Notes: generated by a model from the letters alone, not told the origin. Shown: positions 10,801 to 22,029, numbered from the stretch's first letter. The stretch is 64,000 nucleotides of DNA from an uncultured Acidobacteriota bacterium (GCA_963796275.1 CAWCKY010000007.1:448001-512000), one strand, 5' to 3'. Translations and numbers: made by a program.

Positions 10801-11360
10801 ACCATTCCCCATCGATTGCCTTCCTGAACCCCCGGCAACAAATAGATAAAGGCGCCGGGATTTCGGGGGCCCGCTCCGATGCCGGATGAACCCATCGAAA
10901 GCGGCAGAGCCGTATAGAGCTCATTCCGCACCGTCGTGCCTAGCCGCGCATCCGCAGTGCTCAGTTGTGCGGGGGCCGCATCCACGGTGATGGTATCGGT
11001 AGTCGTACCGACCTGCAGCGTCAGATTGAGTCCAACAGTGCCGAGCGCATCCACGATCACCTTTTCCTGAATGAGCGACTGGAAACCGCTGGCGGAGACC
11101 GAGACGGCGTACTCTCCCGGAGATAATGGCGAGAGCACATACAATCCGGTCGCGGTCGTTTGGCGCGTCGTCTTTACGCCCGTGGCCTTATTGGTCGCGA
11201 CGACTGTTGCGGTGGGAATGACGGCGCCTGTCGGGTCGGTGATGACCCCCTGAATGGAACCGGTTCCGCCAATCTGGGCCATCGCTATGGACGATGAGAA
11301 TATGATGCCGGCGCAAAGTATAGACAAAGAGACGAGAATACTCGAAGGGGACGATTTCAT
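7878..11360 (-). CDS. TonB-dependent receptor, Oar-like with N-terminal carboxypeptidase-regulatory-like domain
   Basis: GSIQGVITDPTGAVIP, KSGTNQFHG, QDDFKV...LTLNLGLRYD, terminal PRVIQFKAKIAF. Confidence 0.93.
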   Translation of the reverse strand: MKSSPSSILVSLSILCAGIIFSSSIAMAQIGGTGSIQGVITDPTGAVIPTATVVATNKATGVKTTRQTTATGLYVLSPLSPGEYAVSVSASGFQSLIQEKVIVDALGTVGLNLTLQVGTTTDTITVDAAPAQLSTADARLGTTVRNELYTALPLSMGSSGIGAGPRNPGAFIYLLPGVQEGNRWGMVNGAQGFSKDVFVEGVPITDAIQQGEGRSINLGFSVEAIEQFQVETSGTGVEFNGQGSENYVVKSGTNQFHGSIFEYFRNTLLDARSFFSPTRPKENQNEFGGTIGGPIIKNKLFFFFVYDGWRYRVQTDARFISVPTVKMRQGDFSELPVPIFDPLTTNCPPGGTCTRQPFDRNIIPLDRISSISKFFQTQLPLPTHPGIQNNYLGQLPVGYNNDNYTVKIDLNINDSHRLSGLFTRGKRSQSGPYREVTVPLPLPYTNTRLVEEIPTVAQVKHNWTITPSLLNQISFGFNRLFVPIDNATVDGKWTESAGLAGLPPGEARDAFPETNFGGPNAPNSWRGVDSRDFLDANNNFTLQDSLQWVRGNHAFKFGFQHQRLHDNFRARDTGTLFVGDFSNTQTAGFRPNGALDTSTGNAYASYLLGLVNAATVNEDYFVGVGARYYNYAFWVQDDFKVRPRLTLNLGLRYDIMQPYKEVADRFTFLDPNIPNPAAGGRPGVLRFGGDYAPDAISCNCRTPVNTYYGAIGPRIGLAYSINENTVVRAAYGIMYTRRGAVGGREGARDGTGTIGFNASAPLGNPDNGISAAFDWDNGIPSYQKGPIYDATYLTGFNAPGINGGTLLFGDPNSQPPRYQNWNLSIQRSLTPSLSLTVAYTGSNGKYLAGAGRGIWSNQIHPRYLALRNLLQGPADQITIAAAQAIIPDVSLPFPGYRGTIAQMLRPFPQYGGVGDPYGNVGQSNYNALQVVVQKRLSAGLTFNVNYNFSKAIGNVNGGRSAYFWEQEKSLSSTDQPHIFNAFLSYDLPFNSQNPAVRGIVKGWRISGITRYATGTPVGIIGAACVLPQAGTCFANYNPNFSGPARINGDWGEGDILGPNPTSFIDRNAFASPAEFTYGDTPPAHAHGMRVPHLFNQDVSVSRSFRIRENVKFEFGADAFNIFNNVRFGGIATNITNASFGRVTSQANTPRVIQFKAKIAF

Positions 11361-11676
11361 GGCTTACCTCCAGCTTATGCCGCGATATTCGATGGATGTG
11401 GACGTTATCTGCTCGAAAGTGAATCTCTAAGACAGAGCGTTCAAGCTTATGGTCAAACTGAATACGAAGGTGTTCAGTGGCGGGGATTATATACCCATTC
11501 AAATCGCCGGTCAGCCACGACCGACATAATTCATGTTTTTACATATGAATATATTGAGACCTGTGCAAAATAAAGTCGGTGACTATCAACAGGTTCAACT
11601 ACGCAGTTTCGGATAAGTAACAAGTCAAGACTTGTGGTAAGTAGTACTTCTGGAAACTAAGTTATTTGAAGCGTGT

Positions 11677-11763
11677 GCACTACTTCGTGGGCTCGCGACT
11701 TTGGTGGCGCGAAACACAGGGTTCAGCCTTCGGCTTTATGCTATCGCCCGCTTCGCGGGCTAG
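11677..11763. repeat. Half copy of REP family B (same family as 42275-42510)
   Basis: CAGGGTTCAGCCTTCGGCTTTATGCTATCGCCCGCTTCGCGGGCTAG resembles the right arm at 42452-42510; CACTACTTCGTGGGCT matches AGCCCACGAAGTGGG in reverse complement. Confidence 0.7.
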
Positions 11764-11789
11764 AAACAATAGCAGAAAGTTTGTTAATG

Positions 11790-12690
11790 AGCTGGCTATC
11801 TGGTTACTATTACTCATCGGTATAGACGAGGAGTATCCCGCCGACTTCACGCCCGGCAATGCTGCGATCTCAGTCAATATACTTTGGAAGAATCCATCGA
11901 TCTGAGCGGGTTCATTGTACTTCGTGTTGGGCAGCGATATTTCCAGGTTGATCAGATTATTCGAATTGAAACCCGGATTGACCTGCTGGACGAGCCAGAA
12001 ACTTTTGATGAGCAATCCCGCTCCGATCAGCAAGACGAGAGTCGATGTCACCTCAAAGATCATCAGCCCGCTTCGCAGCCACCCTCTCGTGTGGCCATAC
12101 CGCTGCGACCGCCTTCCTTCAACGTTTCGTGCAGATCGGTTTTGGAAGAATGTACCGCAGGCGCCAGTCCGAAGAGCAAGCCGGTCAGCAACGAGATGCC
12201 CAAAGTGAAAGCAAGCACGCGCCAATCGATGCCGACCTCGTATGCGCGCGGAATGAGTCTCTCGCTGAGTGAAAGCAGCAACTGCATTCCCCAGTGAGCG
12301 AGCAGAAGTCCCAACGCTCCGCCGATCAGCGCAAGCGGCAGCGATTCGGTCAATAATTGTCTGACGACGCGCCATCGTCCCGCGCCGAGAGCGAGCCGAA
12401 TCGCGATCTCTTTTTTTCTTCCAGCCGCGCGCGCAAGCAGCAGATTGGCCACATTCGCACAGGCGATCAATAACACGAATCCGACAGCTGTCATCAGAAT
12501 GTACAACGGATATCGAATATCGCGCACGATGATCCCATGGATCGGGCGCAGCAAGAGCCCCCAAAGGCTTTTATCTATATCTGCCGGAACATTAGCCGCA
12601 ATCGTATTCATCTCAGCCTGCGCCTGCTGCAGCGTTACATTTGGTTTTAGCTTCGCGATCGCAAAAAGGGTTTCATAGAGCCAGTGAAAC
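11790..12690 (-). pseudogene. Internal fragment of an ADOP-type (duplicated MacB/FtsX) ABC permease, frameshifted
   Basis: [33 protein letters not shown]...[12 protein letters not shown]; continues in another frame after ~12085 ([10 protein letters not shown]...VNPGFN); both ends missing. Confidence 0.85.
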
Positions 12691-12819
12691 CGTATATCCA
12701 GTTGCCCCTTAAGGCTTTGAGGTCGCGAAAATCTGGATCATCAGGGCCGCTGATAGTATTATTGGGCGCGTCTCGCAAGTGCAAGTGTCTCATCTACCGC
12801 ATCATCGGAGAAAATCGCA

Positions 12820-13951
12820 ATGAGATCGCTTATGCCATCAACGGAAAAAACCATCGGATATCTTACTCTCGGCTTCGTGGCTCTCACTCTCGTATTTGGC
12901 TGGCTTCCTTCTCCATCACACGGGGCAAACGGGGCAAACGGGGCAAACGGAAAGAGCACCAGAGGTAAAACTAGGTACAGTCGAGCGGATCAAAGTTCAC
13001 GGCAAGTCGCTGGAAGGCAATCTCGACGGCGATTCGCCGGATCGAGATGTCTCGATCTATCTGCCGCCCGGGTACAAGTCTGAAAAGAGCCGGCGCTATC
13101 CCGTAGTTTACATGCTGCACGGCTTCACCGATGATGACGCGAGATGGTTCGGAGCGATCAAACATTGGATCAATCTGCCGGAAGTTCTCGATAAGACATT
13201 CGCTGGTGGAAACTCGCGCGCCATGATTGTGGTGATGCCGAACGCATTCACCAGGTTCAAAGGCAGCATGTATTCCAATTCTGTTACGGTCGGCGATTGG
13301 GAGACATTCATCGCCAAAGAGCTGGTCGCCTACATCGACTCGCATTACCTTACGCTCCCCCAAGCGGCGAGTCGCGGGCTCGCCGGGCATTCGATGGGGG
13401 GATACGGCACGATGCGATTGGGAATGAAGAGCCGGGATGTCTTCTCGAGCATCTATGCGCTGAGTCCCTGCTGCATGGATGCTCGCCGCGGAAATCCGGA
13501 GATGAAGGAGATGATGAAGAAGATCGAGGCGGTCAAGACCGATGAAGAGGTGAAAACGCAATCATTCTTCGGTCTGGCGATGCTGGCTTCGGCCGCCGCG
13601 TGGTCGCCCAATCCGAAGAATCCGCCCTTCTTCATCGATCTACCTTTCCGCGACGGCGAGATCGTTCCCGAGATCATCGCGAGACAGCAAGCGAATGCGA
13701 CGCTGGTGATGATTCACCAGTACATCCCGGCCCTCAAGCGCTTGAAAGCCATCGGCATCGATGCTGGAACGAAAGATGCCGGCATCTCCGCTGCCACGAA
13801 AGAGCTGGATCAGGTCTTGACCGATTACGGCATCGAACATTTCTATGAAAGTTATGACGGCGATCATCTGAATCGCATCGCAGAGCGAATTCAAACAAAA
13901 ACAATGCCCTTCTTCTCGAGCAATCTGTCTTTTGAAAGGGCAAAACGGTGA
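12820..13951 (+). CDS. Secreted esterase (putative esterase/CE1-like alpha/beta hydrolase); signal peptide separated from catalytic part by a +1 frameshift at ~12921
   Basis: [15 protein letters not shown] and GHSMGG in ORF 12896-13951; RBS GGAG + ATG 12820 give a signal-peptide-like sequence in another frame. Confidence 0.8.
12920..12950 (+). repeat. 9-bp tandem repeat (ACGGGGCAA)x3
   Basis: acggggcaa acggggcaa acggggcaa acgg. Confidence 0.9.
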
Positions 13952-13962
13952 AAGGATTGTCT

Positions 13963-15204
13963 ATGAAAAAAATGAGTGAAACAGCAATACCGCGCCGCAC
14001 ATTTTTGAAGAATTCAGCGATCGGCGCAGGCACAATGATCTCATCATCGCGGCTGGCGGCGGCCAACATCCTCGGTGCGAACGACCGCATCAGACTTGGT
14101 GCGATCGGATTGGGCGGGCGTTGTCGCAAATCGTTGACCCCGATCCATAAGGATCAACCGGATACCGAGATCGTCGCGCTGTGCGATGTGTACGAAGTGA
14201 ATCTGCTGCGCGCCGTATCCGAAATCGCAGCTGCGAATGCCAAACAGCTCCGGGATTACCGCGCGGTACTCGACGATAAGAGCATAGACGCCGTCATCAT
14301 CGGCACGCCCGATCATTGGCACGCGAGGATGGTCAGCGATGCCGTCCAGGCGGGCAAAGATGTTTACGTCGAGAAGCCCGTCACGCACTCGCTGGACGAA
14401 GGCGCGGCACTGGTAAAAGCCGTCGAAGCCAGTAAACAGATCGTTCAGACCGGCATGCAGCAACGGAGCTGGCCGCATTTTATGCAGGGTAAAAAGATTA
14501 TCGATGAAGGCACTCTCGGCCAGATCACCTCCGTGCGCATGTGGTGGTACCAGAATTATGGAGGAAGCAACCGTCCTACCAAACTCGCGCTCGACCAGCT
14601 CGACCAGAAGGCCTGGCTCGGCAAAGCTCCCGCGCAAACGATTACGCCCGCCAAGTTTCACTGGTGGCGCTGGTACTGGGACTTCGGCGGCGGAGCTTTG
14701 ACCGATCTGATGACGCACTGGATCGATGTGGCGCATTGGTATCTGGGCGTTTCTGCGCCGCATACTGCAACGACTGTGGGCAATCGCTATGTGCTCGATT
14801 GGGATTGCCCGGACACGATAACTTGCGTGCTAGAATACCCCAAGAATTTCACCGCGACCTACCATGGCGGTATGACGAGCAGCATCGACGACGGCGGGAT
14901 GGAGATTCGTGGGACTAAGGCTACCATGAAGCTCGACCGGTCACAGCTGGCCGTTTATACCGAAGGCGGACAACTGATCGGGAAACCCGGTGAAGGCAAA
15001 TCGGGCATCCTGATAGAGTCGAAGGAAGACGGCACCATCGCGCACGTTCGCAACTTTCTTGACTGCGTCAAGAGCCGCAAAACTCCGGCGGCTGACATCC
15101 GGGCCGGCGTAGAAGCCGCGCGCGCCTCCCATATCGGCAATCTTGCGCTTAAACAAGCGCGTATGATTCGCTGGAATTCCCAACAACAGCGGGTCGAGGG
15201 TTAG
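13963..15204 (+). CDS. Gfo/Idh/MocA-family oxidoreductase with Tat signal
   Basis: PRRTFLK twin-arginine motif, GAIGLGGR, TPDHWH, YVEKP, WRWYWDFGGG, THWID; start chosen from AAAGGA RBS. Confidence 0.92.
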   Translation: MKKMSETAIPRRTFLKNSAIGAGTMISSSRLAAANILGANDRIRLGAIGLGGRCRKSLTPIHKDQPDTEIVALCDVYEVNLLRAVSEIAAANAKQLRDYRAVLDDKSIDAVIIGTPDHWHARMVSDAVQAGKDVYVEKPVTHSLDEGAALVKAVEASKQIVQTGMQQRSWPHFMQGKKIIDEGTLGQITSVRMWWYQNYGGSNRPTKLALDQLDQKAWLGKAPAQTITPAKFHWWRWYWDFGGGALTDLMTHWIDVAHWYLGVSAPHTATTVGNRYVLDWDCPDTITCVLEYPKNFTATYHGGMTSSIDDGGMEIRGTKATMKLDRSQLAVYTEGGQLIGKPGEGKSGILIESKEDGTIAHVRNFLDCVKSRKTPAADIRAGVEAARASHIGNLALKQARMIRWNSQQQRVEG

Positions 15205-15207
15205 AAG

Positions 15208-15282
15208 ACAGTTTTCAGTTTTCAGTTTCATTTGCTGATCGAGCTATTCTACTTATAACTGAAAACTGACAACTGAAAACTG
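15208..15282. repeat. Inverted heptamer array (CAGTTTT)n...(AAAACTG)n forming an intergenic hairpin
   Basis: acagttttcagttttcagtt ... aactgaaaactgacaactgaaaactgt. Confidence 0.8.
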
Positions 15283-15301
15283 TCTTCCGAGGAGGTATTC
15301 A

Positions 15302-18300
15302 ATGAAATCTCGGCGAGCGAAATCCCCGCTACTTCTCGTATTGTGTTTACTACCGGCGCTTCTATGCCCCATGGCGATCGCCCAGGTTACAACCGCCGAT
15401 TTAGTAGGTACGATCAAAGATAACTCAGATGCCGTCGTGCGCGGCGCCCGGGTCACGATAACCAACGAGGCCACGGGCGTCAGCCGTTCAGTGACGACGA
15501 CTGATGAAGGCAATTACATCTTCACATCGCTGCAACCTGGCCGTTACTTGCTCACTGCCGAAGCTCCCGGCTTTCGCAAGATCGAGCGTACGGGCGTTGA
15601 ACTGCAAGTCAATCAACGCGCGCACATCGATCTGACCCTTCAGGTCGGGCCGGTCGACGATACCGTTCGGATCGAAGGCGCTGTGCCTCTGCTCGAGAGC
15701 CAATCCTCAGTGCTAGGTAGCGTGATTCAGGAGAAACAAGTCCAGGATCTGCCGCTCAACGGGCGCAACTTCGTGCAACTGGCCATACTCAGTCCAGGCG
15801 TATCGGGCACAGGCTATGGCATGCGGGGCACGATTATGAGCGGCACGCGGCCCGACGATCTGCGGCCGGGCACCGAGCTGTTTGTGAACGGTAACAGAGA
15901 GAGCTCGAACAACTACCTTTATGACGGCATAGACAACAATGACAGGTTGACGTTGGCTATTGTTGTGCGCCCGGCCGTGGAAGCGATCAAGGAGTTCAAG
16001 ATTCAGACAAACCTCTTCGCCGCCGAACAGGGGCGCAATCCCGGCGGGCAGGTGGACGTCATCACCAAGTCGGGCGGTAATGATATTCACGGCTCGGTTT
16101 ACGAATTCCTGCGCAACGATGTGCTCGACGCCAACAACTTCTTCTCCAATCGCGCGGGGCAGGAGAAACCGCCGTTCAGACAGAACCAGTTCGGCGGCTC
16201 TATCGGTGGGCCGATTATCAAGAGCAAGACTTTCTATTTCGGCGATTACGATGGGTTCCGCCAGCGGCAGGGGAGAGTCTTCGTCAACACCGTGCCGACG
16301 CTCAGGATGCGGCAGGGCGATTTCGGCGAGGTTGCAGGCGGCATCTTCGACCCGTCGACGACTCGGCAGAATCCGAATTTCGACTCCACCAAACCGGCCG
16401 GACCGACCAATCCGCAGTTCCTGCGCGACCCGTACCCGGGAAATCAAATCCCGCGGGATGACTGGGACCCGGTGACTGCCAACTTGCTCAATGCTTACCC
16501 GCTGCCGACCACTTCGGGATTGAGTAACAACCTGGTCACAGCTCCGACGCGCAGCCAGGACTGGGATCAATTCGATGTACGCGTAGATCATAATCAAAGC
16601 GAAAAAAATACCTTCTTCGCTCGATATTCGTGGTCGAAGACGGCGACGACCAACCCATTCACGTTTCCTGCTGTTCTGCTTCCCGGTTTGCCGAAAGCCG
16701 TCGGCCTCGGCAATGAAGATACCTTCGCTGGCACCTCGACGCTGCGCGCGCAGCACGTTGTGGTCAACTGGATGCATGTCTTCTCGCCGCGGGTGTTGCT
16801 GGATTTGCGCGCCGGTTACAATCGCTTTGACCTCGATTTCACGCAAGCCGATGTGGAACCCGGCGACCAACTCGGCGTTAAGCTCGGTGTGCCCAACGCC
16901 AATCAGCAGGAGCAACAGAACGCCATTCCGATCTTCAGCCCGGCGAGTTATACGGGAATCGGCCAAAGCCGCTCGCTCCCGATCCTGCGAATCGAAAACA
17001 CCTTTCAATACATGGGCAATCTGACATTCACCGGCAGCGCGCATACGGTCAAGACTGGCCTCGACATTCGCCGCCGCCAGTTGACCGAATATCAGACCAA
17101 CCGCGGCAATGGCCGGTTCAATTTTTCGCCGAATATCACCAACAACCCGGTAAACAACGCGGGCGGCAGCGCGATGGCTTCGTTCCTGCTCGGCGCGCCG
17201 AGCCTGATCGAACAGGATTACCTGCTCGCGTGGGTTGGGATTCGCGGCACCGAGTATAGCGTGTATGTGGCTGACGATTGGCGCGTCACGCAGAAGCTGA
17301 CGTTGAACCTCGGGCTGCGTTACGAACTCGACACGCCTTATTCGGAAGTGGCGGATCGTTGGGCCAGCTTCGATCCGACCACAGCCACCGTTTTGATCGC
17401 CGGACGCAACGATGTGAGCAAGAGCGCGGGCGTCAACACCTTCTATAAAGGTTTTGCGCCGCGTTTCGGCTTCGCCTATCAGGTCACGCAGAAGACCGTG
17501 GTGCGCGGCGGAGCGGGCATCTTCTGGAATACGGCGGGACACGGCGGAGTCGCTTTGCGACTGCAGCGACACGTGCCGTTCGGGCCTATCTTCAGCTTTT
17601 CGCCCAGCAACTTCTTCGTCACGCAGCGCGTGAGCGACGGCTTCCCGATCATTCCGCCGCTCAACCTCGCGTCGGCCGATAATCCCAGTGGCAGCGTCAT
17701 CGGGGTCGATCCGAACTACCAGCCGGGTTATGCCGAACAATTCAATCTGACGGTTCAGCACGAATTACCTTCATCTCTGTTGCTCAAAGCATCGTTTGTC
17801 GGCAATTTGGGCCGCCATCTCGATACCAGCTTCAATCTCAATCAAGCCGTGCCGGGTTTGGGCCCCATCAACAATCGCCGGCCATTTTTCGGCGTGCGCC
17901 CCACGCTGGCCGATGTGACGTGGGCGGTGTCTGACGGCCTGGCGTCGTATTATGCTTTTCAACTCAGCGCCGAGAAGCGCTTGACGCACGGATTGAGCGG
18001 CCTGGCTTCGTATACCTGGGGACATTCGATCGACACCGTGGGTCAAAGTTTCGGCGGCGGCGCGGATGGCCCGTTGCCGCAGGACCCGCGCAATCGCCAG
18101 GCCGATCGCGGCAATTCGCCGTTCGACATCCGGCAACGTCTGACCATCGCCTGGAATTACGCGTTGCCGTTTGGCCAAGGGCGTAAATGGTTGTCCGGCG
18201 GCGGCCCGGCCGAGTACGTGCTGGGCGGCTGGCAGGTCAACGGAATCACCTCGATTCAGTCGGGTTTGCCTTTCACGCCGACGGCCAATTCGCCCACGGT

Positions 18301-18658
18301 CAACACGGGCACGGCCAGCCGCCCCGACCTCATCGGCGACGGCGGGTTGGATGAGCAGACCGTAGACCGCTGGTTCGATACTTCTGCGTTCGCGACGCCG
18401 GCGCAATTCACTTACGGCAATGCGGGGCGCAATATTCTTTATGGACCTGGAAGAGTGAATTTCGATTTCTCGCTCTTCAAACAGTTCAGCATAACGGAAG
18501 CGTTGAACCTGCAATTCCGCACCGAATTTTTCAATCTCTTCAACACGCCGCAATTCGATCTGCCGAACGCGGCCATCGGGGCGAGCAATGCCGGAACAAT
18601 CACCGGGATCGTCGGAACGCCGCGCCAGATACAGTTCGGATTAAAATTGGTATTTTGA
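15302..18658 (+). CDS. TonB-dependent receptor, Oar-like
   Basis: LPLNGRNFVQL, KSGGNDIHG, DDWRV...LTLNLGLRYE, terminal PRQIQFGLKLVF; GAGGAGG RBS. Confidence 0.93.
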   Translation: MKSRRAKSPLLLVLCLLPALLCPMAIAQVTTADLVGTIKDNSDAVVRGARVTITNEATGVSRSVTTTDEGNYIFTSLQPGRYLLTAEAPGFRKIERTGVELQVNQRAHIDLTLQVGPVDDTVRIEGAVPLLESQSSVLGSVIQEKQVQDLPLNGRNFVQLAILSPGVSGTGYGMRGTIMSGTRPDDLRPGTELFVNGNRESSNNYLYDGIDNNDRLTLAIVVRPAVEAIKEFKIQTNLFAAEQGRNPGGQVDVITKSGGNDIHGSVYEFLRNDVLDANNFFSNRAGQEKPPFRQNQFGGSIGGPIIKSKTFYFGDYDGFRQRQGRVFVNTVPTLRMRQGDFGEVAGGIFDPSTTRQNPNFDSTKPAGPTNPQFLRDPYPGNQIPRDDWDPVTANLLNAYPLPTTSGLSNNLVTAPTRSQDWDQFDVRVDHNQSEKNTFFARYSWSKTATTNPFTFPAVLLPGLPKAVGLGNEDTFAGTSTLRAQHVVVNWMHVFSPRVLLDLRAGYNRFDLDFTQADVEPGDQLGVKLGVPNANQQEQQNAIPIFSPASYTGIGQSRSLPILRIENTFQYMGNLTFTGSAHTVKTGLDIRRRQLTEYQTNRGNGRFNFSPNITNNPVNNAGGSAMASFLLGAPSLIEQDYLLAWVGIRGTEYSVYVADDWRVTQKLTLNLGLRYELDTPYSEVADRWASFDPTTATVLIAGRNDVSKSAGVNTFYKGFAPRFGFAYQVTQKTVVRGGAGIFWNTAGHGGVALRLQRHVPFGPIFSFSPSNFFVTQRVSDGFPIIPPLNLASADNPSGSVIGVDPNYQPGYAEQFNLTVQHELPSSLLLKASFVGNLGRHLDTSFNLNQAVPGLGPINNRRPFFGVRPTLADVTWAVSDGLASYYAFQLSAEKRLTHGLSGLASYTWGHSIDTVGQSFGGGADGPLPQDPRNRQADRGNSPFDIRQRLTIAWNYALPFGQGRKWLSGGGPAEYVLGGWQVNGITSIQSGLPFTPTANSPTVNTGTASRPDLIGDGGLDEQTVDRWFDTSAFATPAQFTYGNAGRNILYGPGRVNFDFSLFKQFSITEALNLQFRTEFFNLFNTPQFDLPNAAIGASNAGTITGIVGTPRQIQFGLKLVF

Positions 18659-18665
18659 CGATAAA

Positions 18666-18738
18666 AGTTTTCAGTTTTGCGTTAGGCGAAGAGGCTGATC
18701 AATACAACTGAAAACTGAAAACTAAAAACTGAAAACTG
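18666..18738. repeat. Inverted heptamer array of the same CAGTTTT/AAAACTG family
   Basis: agttttcagttttg ... aactgaaaactgaaaactaaaaactgaaaactg. Confidence 0.75.
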
Positions 18739-18756
18739 ATATTGAAGGGGCATACA

Positions 18757-20064
18757 ATGGATCAGAAAAAGAAGAAAGACACCGCTGACCTGCAACGCCG
18801 TTCGTTGCTCAAAAACACCGCCGCCGCGACTATCGGCCTGGGCGCGCTGGGCGCAGTCTCCGGCCCCGAAGCGCACGCCGAGGAGATCATTCAACCGCGC
18901 GCGCCGATTCCCGAAATTGCTCAAGAGTCTTCACGCCGGACCGTTCGCGAAAGCGTCAAGATCACCAAGCTTGAGACCATCATGGTCAAACCGCGCTGGC
19001 TCTTCCTGAAGGTCCACACCAACGCGGGCGTAGTGGGATTGGGTGAACCGATCACGGAAGGCCGGGCGTTGACCTGCGCCGCAGCGATCAAGGAGATCGA
19101 ACCATACCTGGTCGGCAAAGACCCGCGCGCCGTCGTGCATCACTGGCAGGCGATCTATCGCCACGCTTTCTACCGCGGCGGGCCGATTCTGACGAGCGCG
19201 CTGAGCGGAATCGATCAGGCGCTCTGGGACATCAAGGGCAAACTGCTCAACGTTCCGGTTTATGAGTTGCTCGGCGGCCCTACGCGCCAGCGCATTCGCG
19301 TCTACGCGCACGCGCGCACTCCCGATCAGATTCGCGAACGCAAAGCCCAGGGCTTCACCGCGTTCAAGACCGGCCCCGCGCGCTTGAGTGGCCGCTATGC
19401 GCGCGCAGTCGAGAACAAAGCCTGGATCGAACACGCCGTCGCTCAATTCGCTTCATTGCGCGGAATCGTCGGCAAAGATGGGGACATCGGCATCGACTTC
19501 CACGGCGCAGTTCCGCCAGCTACCGCCAAAATCCTCATGAAGGAGTTGGAGCAGTTCCAGCCCTTCTTTTATGAAGAGATAATCAACTGCCAGAACGTAG
19601 ACCTCATGGCAGAGCTGGCGAAGACCACTCATATCCCCATCGCTACGGGCGAGCGCGACTTCACCAAATGGGGCTTCCGGCAGATTTTGGAGAAAGGCGC
19701 GGCGACGATCCTGCAGCCCGACCTCTGCCACGCGGGCGGCATCACCGAGGTTCGTTTGATCGCGGGCATGGCCGAGGCTTATTACGCTTCGATTGCTCCG
19801 CATAATCCGCTCGGCCCAATCTCATTAGCCGCCGGATTGCAGATCGCCGCTTCTATCCCCAACTTCCTGTGCCAGGAGCAGGTGAGCCTGGGAGACGGTT
19901 ACATCAAGAATCCTTTCAAGGTGCGCGACGGTTATGTCGATCTGCCCACTGCACCGGGACTGGGAATCGAGCTGGATGATAACGCGATGGCCGACAAAAT
20001 AGGCCACGATTGGCGCAATGCCGAAACGTATGACCCGGACGATGGATCGGTGACGGATTGGTAG
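18757..20064 (+). CDS. dgoD: Galactonate dehydratase-like enzyme (mandelate racemase/enolase superfamily) with Tat signal
   Basis: VKPRWLFLKV, YRHAFYRGGPILTSALSGIDQALWDIKGK, IDFHG, QPDLCHAGGITE, APHNPLGP; N-terminal QRRSLLK. Confidence 0.82.
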   Translation: MDQKKKKDTADLQRRSLLKNTAAATIGLGALGAVSGPEAHAEEIIQPRAPIPEIAQESSRRTVRESVKITKLETIMVKPRWLFLKVHTNAGVVGLGEPITEGRALTCAAAIKEIEPYLVGKDPRAVVHHWQAIYRHAFYRGGPILTSALSGIDQALWDIKGKLLNVPVYELLGGPTRQRIRVYAHARTPDQIRERKAQGFTAFKTGPARLSGRYARAVENKAWIEHAVAQFASLRGIVGKDGDIGIDFHGAVPPATAKILMKELEQFQPFFYEEIINCQNVDLMAELAKTTHIPIATGERDFTKWGFRQILEKGAATILQPDLCHAGGITEVRLIAGMAEAYYASIAPHNPLGPISLAAGLQIAASIPNFLCQEQVSLGDGYIKNPFKVRDGYVDLPTAPGLGIELDDNAMADKIGHDWRNAETYDPDDGSVTDW

Positions 20065-20071
20065 ACAACAA

Positions 20072-20186
20072 TTCATTTTAAATTTGCCATTTTACATTTT
20101 AAATTTGTCATTGAATTGACCATTGTCCGAGTCAATACAAATACAGATGTAAAATGACAAATTTAAAATGACAAATGTAAAATGAA
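20072..20186. terminator. AT-rich inverted heptamer array between convergent genes (candidate bidirectional terminator)
   Basis: ttcattttaaatttgccattttacattttaaatttgtca ... aaatgacaaatttaaaatgacaaatgtaaaatgaa. Confidence 0.6.
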
Positions 20187-20196
20187 CTCTCTCTGC

Positions 20197-21576
<1,380 letters not shown>

Positions 21577-21733
21577 AATGAAGTCTCCCTTTATTTTGAG
21601 GTCTTTCGTCGGTCAGAAATACTCGCGGACTTGATGAGCGTATCATACAAACAGCCCGTATTTTTGGCCAGATCGAATAGGAATACCCGAAAAATCGCCA
21701 TTGTTGCCAGGCGATCAGTTTTCTGGGCCGCGT

Positions 21734-21764
21734 GGGGCAACGGGGCAACGGGGCAACGGGGCAA
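21734..21764 (+). repeat. 8-bp tandem repeat (GGGGCAAC)x4; canonical G-quadruplex motif in a divergent intergenic region
   Basis: ggggcaac ggggcaac ggggcaac ggggcaa. Confidence 0.85.
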
Positions 21765-22029
21765 AGTCGCCTGACTTACAATAATTGCGTACAAACGACC
21801 TTAACAATAGACAAGACTGGGCATCATACCTAAAGTTTACTTTTACAGGGTATATGCTGCACAGTATGACGGTACTAAATTGCGAGAAAACAAATTCTTA
21901 GAAAACTGTTGCGACTCTAGCGCAAACATTTCAGCTGGTCCTGTTTGCACATTGGTAGCGAAGTTATCTGGTTCCAACTGATCTACTCAATTAATGGGAC
22001 ACCCGATTTAGGATTAACAAGGAGGCACC

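Noticed and set aside
15713-17761. 682-aa antisense ORF (and similar ones at 1569-2705, 6280-7377, 25540-26961, 37045-37914)
   Set aside because: Shadow frames opposite well-supported genes in GC-rich DNA, with no recognisable motifs
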